Below the pieces are notes generated by a model that saw nothing but the letters and a program-made list of their open reading frames with translations, was not told the DNA's origin and searched no databases. This document shows, piece by piece, positions 35,005 through 39,253 of a stretch of DNA of 39,253 nt (position 1 is its first letter; each line of letters starts with the position of its first letter). The position numbers and the translations under genes were made by a program. The stretch spans positions 5,427 through 44,679 of the forward strand of contig PLYX01000062.1 in the NCBI GenBank assembly GCA_003151895.1. Direction: 5' to 3'. The DNA comes from Solirubrobacterales bacterium. GTDB lineage: Bacteria; Actinomycetota; Thermoleophilia; Solirubrobacterales; Solirubrobacteraceae.

Positions 35005-35997
35005 TCAGCCGTCGGTGAACGGCGCGAGCGGCACGCCGTGATCGCGCTCGCGCATCCCGAGCTCGTATGCCCCGCCGTGGGGAGCGTGGAGCGTGCGGGC
35101 CGCCGAGCCGCTTGTGCCCTTCAGGGTGCGCGGGCGCACGTTGAGCGCGAGCGCGGCGATTGAGCAGTTGACGACGTCGTGCTCCCCGCCGTCTGGGTCC
35201 GCGTATCGCCATCCGGCGGCCGTCCCTTGCGGCGTGTCGACGTGGGCTTCGACGGTCAGACCGCCCTCCCCGGGCAGCGACAGGGTGCAGCGGGCGGGAC
35301 TCTCGGCGACCTTCAGCCCGCGCGCGCCGAGCCCGCCGAGGCGCAGCCGGCGGCCGTCGAGGGAGATCGCGCCGCTTGCCATCCAGGGCGTGAGGCGTCC
35401 CGCGAGGAGCACTCGCCCGAGTGCCACGTCGAGCCACGCCGAGGGGTCCTCCTCGAAGCCGATCCCGTGCAGCCAGATCCAGCGCTCGGCGTGCTCGGAG
35501 CCCCAGTTGTGCCCGACCATGCCTCGCCATCCGCGCAGCTCCAGCGTGCGGTCGGGCAGCTCGATAGTGCCGTCGAAGCTCGCCGCCGGGGCGGGGCTCG
35601 AGAGCTTGGTGCGCGGCAGCGGAGCCTTGTAAAGCCAGGCCTGCTTGAGGTGGCGAAGTTCAGGCTCATCCGTGTTGAAGCGCAGCGACCAGCGTGCCGG
35701 GCCGCAGACACCCTCGGCGAGCCCTGCGCCAAGTCGCGAGTCTGCGCCGATCTCGATCCAGCTGCCGGCGGGCGCCGCGAGCTCGGTGGTGGTGCGCTTG
35801 TGCATGAACGGCGCTCCGGCGGAGGCGTCGAACACGGTGCACCACAGCGACCCGCTCGGAGCCTGCCCGGGTCGCTTGTGGACCGTGTAGCGGATCCACG
35901 CTCCCACGGGCTCGTCCGGCGAGACCGCGCGCAGGTAGAAGGACTCGTACATCCCCGCGCCGAGATCGGTGTTTGGGAAGACCGCGGAGACCGCCAT
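35005..35997 (-). CDS. Uncharacterised tocopherol-cyclase/CrtC-like beta-barrel protein
   Basis: YESFYLRA, WIRYTVHK, GWRGMVGHNWGSEHAERWIWLH and W.YADPDG..H.V.NCS. ATG 35997 lies 7 nt after a TACGAT hexamer on the minus strand. Confidence 0.7.
   Translation of the reverse strand: MAVSAVFPNTDLGAGMYESFYLRAVSPDEPVGAWIRYTVHKRPGQAPSGSLWCTVFDASAGAPFMHKRTTTELAAPAGSWIEIGADSRLGAGLAEGVCGPARWSLRFNTDEPELRHLKQAWLYKAPLPRTKLSSPAPAASFDGTIELPDRTLELRGWRGMVGHNWGSEHAERWIWLHGIGFEEDPSAWLDVALGRVLLAGRLTPWMASGAISLDGRRLRLGGLGARGLKVAESPARCTLSLPGEGGLTVEAHVDTPQGTAAGWRYADPDGGEHDVVNCSIAALALNVRPRTLKGTSGSAARTLHAPHGGAYELGMRERDHGVPLAPFTDG
35113..35131. repeat. Short palindromic repeat, copy 1 (in frame, encodes RTLKGT)
   Basis: TGTGCCCTTCAGGGTGCGC is 18/19 identical to the reverse complement of 36156-36174. 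Confidence 0.6.
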
Positions 35998-36030
35998 GCC
36001 CGCGATCGTAACTCCTGCGAGGATCACGCC

Positions 36031-37110
36031 ATGCGCCGGGAGCCGCTCGTGACCCTGCCGCCGGCCTTGCTGAAGCCGGGGACAGACACCGGCGCGCGCT
36101 TCGTGATGGGCGTTGACGGCGGCGCCACCAAGACGCTGGCGGCCGTGCTCGACGTGCGTACCCTGAAGGGCACACCCTCTGGGGCGCAGGCAGGCGAGCA
36201 CACGCTCCACCTTGGTCACGGCGCCTCGAGCAACGCCGACGCGGTGGGCGCCCGCGCGGCGACGGAGTCCTTGGTGAAGGCCACCGACGAGGCGATCGCG
36301 CGAGCCGGGATTGCGCGCGAGCAGCTCGACGCGGCCGTGCTGGCGATCGCGGGCACCGACACCGACGCGGTGGCCGATCACGTGCGGGAGAATCGTCCGG
36401 CGAGCTGGGTGGTGGTCAACGACGTGGTCGGGGCCTGGGCGGCGGCCACCGGCGCGCAACCGGGCGTGGGGGCGATCTCGGGGACCGGCAGCAACGTGTT
36501 CGGGGTGGGGCGCGACGGGCGCGCCTGGCGCGCCGGCGGCTGGGGTCACGTGCTGGGCGACGAGGGCAGCGGCTACCGGCTCGCCGTACAGTCGATCAGG
36601 GCGGCGCTTGCCGATCGCGAGCGCTCGGGCCCGGAGACCGCGTTGAGCGCGGCCGCGGTCGACTTCTTCGGGGTGGACAGCGTCGAGGCGCTCGCCACGC
36701 TTGTCTACTCCAAGCCGCTGGCGAAGGGGGAGATCGCCGCGTTCGCCGTCGAGACGGCGCGAGTGGCGCACGCCGGGGACGCGGTGGCGCGTGGGCTGTA
36801 TGAGCGCGCGGCCGTCGAGCTCGGCAGGCAGGTGGCGGCCGTGATCGAGCAGACGGGCCTCTCGGATGACTTTCCCGTCGGGCTGATCGGCAGCGCCTTC
36901 AAGGCGGGCGCGCTGTTCGTCGAGCCGCTCACGGTGGCCGTCCACCGGGTGGCGCCGCGTGCGCGCGTGGCGGTCGTGGAGATGGCGCCGGTCGGAGGTT
37001 GTCTGCTGCTCGCCGCGCGTGTCGCCGGCCGTGAGCAGGCGGTGGACTCGGCGGAGTTGAAGCCGCTGCTCGACGCGGTGCTCGCCCGCGAGGGCGTCTT
37101 CAGGGAGTGA
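36031..37110 (+). CDS. BadF/BadG/BcrA/BcrD-family ATPase (N-acetylglucosamine kinase-like)
   Basis: GVDGGATKT, VVNDVV, ISGTGSN and AGGWGHVLGDEGSGY motifs. ATG at 36031. Confidence 0.9.
   Translation: MRREPLVTLPPALLKPGTDTGARFVMGVDGGATKTLAAVLDVRTLKGTPSGAQAGEHTLHLGHGASSNADAVGARAATESLVKATDEAIARAGIAREQLDAAVLAIAGTDTDAVADHVRENRPASWVVVNDVVGAWAAATGAQPGVGAISGTGSNVFGVGRDGRAWRAGGWGHVLGDEGSGYRLAVQSIRAALADRERSGPETALSAAAVDFFGVDSVEALATLVYSKPLAKGEIAAFAVETARVAHAGDAVARGLYERAAVELGRQVAAVIEQTGLSDDFPVGLIGSAFKAGALFVEPLTVAVHRVAPRARVAVVEMAPVGGCLLLAARVAGREQAVDSAELKPLLDAVLAREGVFRE
36156..36174. repeat. Short palindromic repeat, copy 2 (in frame, encodes RTLKGT)
   Basis: GCGTACCCTGAAGGGCACA; the opposite strand forms the hairpin GTGCCC-TTCA-GGGTAC. 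Confidence 0.6.
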
Positions 37111-38026
37111 TCTCCGCACGCCGCCCGATCGCGCTCGGCCCGACGCCCGCGATGCGAACGGCGGCGGCGGCGTTTCCGAACGTGGCGGCCTCCAGCGGAG
37201 TGTGACCATCGGCCAGAGCGACGAAGAAGGCGGCCGCGAACACATCGCCCGCGCCGATGTCATCGCGCACTGCGGCCACGGGGGGGAGGGGCGTTTGCAC
37301 GACCGACTCGCCCCCGGGCAGGTGAACGGTTGTCGGCCGCGAGCCGGCCGTCACCGCCACGTGCGCGCCGCAGCGGCGCGCCGCCGAGAAGAGGGCATGG
37401 CAGCTGTGGCACTCGTGCTCGGAGATCACAGCCGCATCGAAGTTGTCGGGGAGCAGCTCCGGGTCGAGCTCGACTGGAGAGATGTCGCCCGCGAGCGCGT
37501 CGCTGCCGGGCGGAGCGAGCGGTATGTCGCCCAGCAGCGAGCCGGTGTCGAGTTGGACGAGTGGTACGCGTTCGTCCCGCTCCCAGCTCCGCACGAGACC
37601 CTGCGGCGTGATCCCTACGAAGTCGGCGCGGCCCCGCCATGCGACGGGCGTCTCGCGTGCGACGGGGGCGAGGTGCAGGATGCCGGTGTCGAGCTCGACG
37701 GGCTCGACGATCGGCCCGGCCCATGCGAGCACTCGTTGAGTGCGGGTTGCACCCGAGCCGCGCGTGCTCAGCGTGGTGGTGTGCTCTGCCGGGATCACGC
37801 GCAGCCCGAGCTCGTCGCGATAGGGGGCGAGCAGCGCTTCGATCTCGCTGGGAACCCCTTGTGTGAGGATCAGCGTGCGCAAACCCAACCGCGAGGCTTG
37901 CAGGGAGCTGTAGAAGGCGCTTCCGCCGGGCTGGGAGACCGTGCGGCCCGTCGGGTGCTCGATCGTGTCGCGCGTGACGTGGCCGACGGTTATGTAGTCG
38001 AAGTGGGCGCCTGACGAGCGGTCCAT
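37100..38026 (-). CDS. PfkB-family carbohydrate kinase
   Basis: VGHVTRD, PGGSAFY and the PfkB signature DDIGAGDVFAAAF. ATG 38026 preferred. Confidence 0.88.
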   Translation of the reverse strand: MDRSSGAHFDYITVGHVTRDTIEHPTGRTVSQPGGSAFYSSLQASRLGLRTLILTQGVPSEIEALLAPYRDELGLRVIPAEHTTTLSTRGSGATRTQRVLAWAGPIVEPVELDTGILHLAPVARETPVAWRGRADFVGITPQGLVRSWERDERVPLVQLDTGSLLGDIPLAPPGSDALAGDISPVELDPELLPDNFDAAVISEHECHSCHALFSAARRCGAHVAVTAGSRPTTVHLPGGESVVQTPLPPVAAVRDDIGAGDVFAAAFFVALADGHTPLEAATFGNAAAAVRIAGVGPSAIGRRAEITP

Positions 38027-38072
38027 TGCAAAGCCGTGGGTGATGGTTGCCCGCGTCGCCGGCTCGCGACGC

Positions 38073-39253
38073 TCAGTCGATGCGCGGGGGGATGCGCAAC
38101 GGCAGCTCGGCGCCCGTGATCGTCGCGGCGGCAAGCCGACCCGTGAAGACGCACCCGCCGAGGAAGGTGCCCTCCAGGGAGCGCTTGCCGTGGACGCCGC
38201 CGCCGCCGAAGCCGGCCGCCTCGCCGACCGCGTACAGACCCGGGATCGCCTCGTCTCCCCGCTCGCGCAGCACGCGGCAGCCGAGGTCGGTCTGGATGCC
38301 GCCGAGGCTCTTGCGCGCCATCACCTGCAGGCGGATCGCGACCAGGGGCATCGCATTGGGGTCTACGATGCGCTGGAAGCGCGCCGTGCGCAGCCGGTCG
38401 CCGCGCCAGTTGCGCAGCTGGCCGATGCGGCGCAGCTGGTCGTCGTTGAAGAGGCCCTTGCCGCGCGCGATCGTCTCGTCGTAGCGGCCGATCTCGCGTT
38501 CGAGCGTCGCGGCGTCGATCGCGCTCTCGCCGGTCACCTCGTTCATCTTGGCGGCCAGCTCGCTGAGCGTCGAGGCGGACACGAAGTCGGGGGAGCCGTC
38601 GAGGAAGTGCCGGACGAGGCCGGGCTTGCCGAGCAGCACGCCGAGCAGGAACGGGACGATGCGGCGCTCGCGCAGGTGGGGGTTGTGCTGGGAGCCGGAC
38701 ACGTCGAGCTCGCGCTTGGCGATCTTGAAGTTGCAGACGAGCCACGAGTACTTGCGCTCGTCCTCGCACACGCGCTCGAGCGCGGCGTAGGCGTCGAACA
38801 TGGGCATCACCGGCACGGGGCCGTAGCGACGGCCGTCGGGGTCGAGCATGACGCCCGAGCGCGGCGGGATCAGCTTCAGCCCGTGGTGCTCGCGCTGGGG
38901 TTTGGGGTGGCGAACCGCGTCGGCGTAGTTCCACATCTTCGAGAGGTGGGTGACGTTGCCGCCGATCCGCCGCACCTCTTCGTGGAGCGCGCCGTCGGCG
39001 TAGTAGTGGGAGCCCATCAAGAGCTTCTCGGGCGCGGAGCCGAGCTCGGAGGTGGGCCATTCGCGGCGCACCAGGTCGAGGTTGCCGCCGATCCCTCCGG
39101 CGGCGATGACAACCGCCTTGCTCGCGTGCGTCTCGGACCCAGACTCGAGCTTAACCCCGCTCGCGGTTCCGTCGTCGAAGAGCAGCTCCACGACGCGCGA
39201 GTCAAATCGCAGATCCAGCGCGCCGCGGCGCGGGTGGGACTCGATCGCTCCCC
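38073..39253 (-). CDS. FAD-binding dehydrogenase (KsdD/fumarate reductase flavoprotein-like), 5' end outside window
   Basis: VVIAAGGIGGN..LVR..WP, MWNY, RKSLGGIQTDL, PGLYAVGEAAGFGGGG.HG.RSLEGTFLGGC. Frame is open to the window edge. Confidence 0.88.
   Translation of the reverse strand, partial: GAIESHPRRGALDLRFDSRVVELLFDDGTASGVKLESGSETHASKAVVIAAGGIGGNLDLVRREWPTSELGSAPEKLLMGSHYYADGALHEEVRRIGGNVTHLSKMWNYADAVRHPKPQREHHGLKLIPPRSGVMLDPDGRRYGPVPVMPMFDAYAALERVCEDERKYSWLVCNFKIAKRELDVSGSQHNPHLRERRIVPFLLGVLLGKPGLVRHFLDGSPDFVSASTLSELAAKMNEVTGESAIDAATLEREIGRYDETIARGKGLFNDDQLRRIGQLRNWRGDRLRTARFQRIVDPNAMPLVAIRLQVMARKSLGGIQTDLGCRVLRERGDEAIPGLYAVGEAAGFGGGGVHGKRSLEGTFLGGCVFTGRLAAATITGAELPLRIPPRID

Noticed and set aside
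35179-36030. N-terminal extension of the 643-aa plus-strand ORF
   Set aside because: Antisense to the cyclase-like gene; kinase motifs begin only after ATG 36031.
35005-37263. 752-aa minus-strand ORF as one large protein
   Set aside because: The first ~420 aa are antisense to the BadF-type kinase and are Arg/Pro-rich shadow sequence; only 35005-35997 is protein-like.

Overview
High-GC actinobacterial DNA. Gene content and many apparently leaderless starts suggest Thermoleophilia/Solirubrobacterales (inference only). Left to right: (1) the 3' end of a cytochrome c oxidase operon (subunit I, a subunit III-like protein, CtaG, a 45-aa membrane peptide); (2) an amine/polyamine catabolic cluster (APC permease, class-III aminotransferase, PucR-family regulator with a clear TTGTAC-N5-GTACAA operator, alanine dehydrogenase, aminobutyraldehyde dehydrogenase); (3) SNF2 helicase, SWIM protein and an AAA/DUF4143 ATPase-nuclease; (4) a copper-handling cluster (SCO, second CtaG, two uncharacterised His/Met-rich proteins, CopC-CopD fusion, YcnI/DUF1775, a 47-aa peptide); (5) a complete 1896-bp IS200/IS605 element (tnpA, tnpB, structured omegaRNA) inserted at TTGAC in a GT87 glycosyltransferase pseudogene; (6) a Fic protein, a DsbA-family remnant, a HAD phosphatase, a bacterial aeRF1-like factor, a VOC protein and a P450; (7) an MntR-type regulator with a non-canonical Nramp-family transporter and a small membrane protein; (8) an uncharacterised GMC oxidoreductase cluster, two sugar-kinase-like genes and a partial FAD-dependent dehydrogenase. 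Short palindromic REP-like elements occur between genes and in frame inside genes. No rRNA, tRNA or CRISPR array was seen. All family calls come from motif recognition, not database searches.
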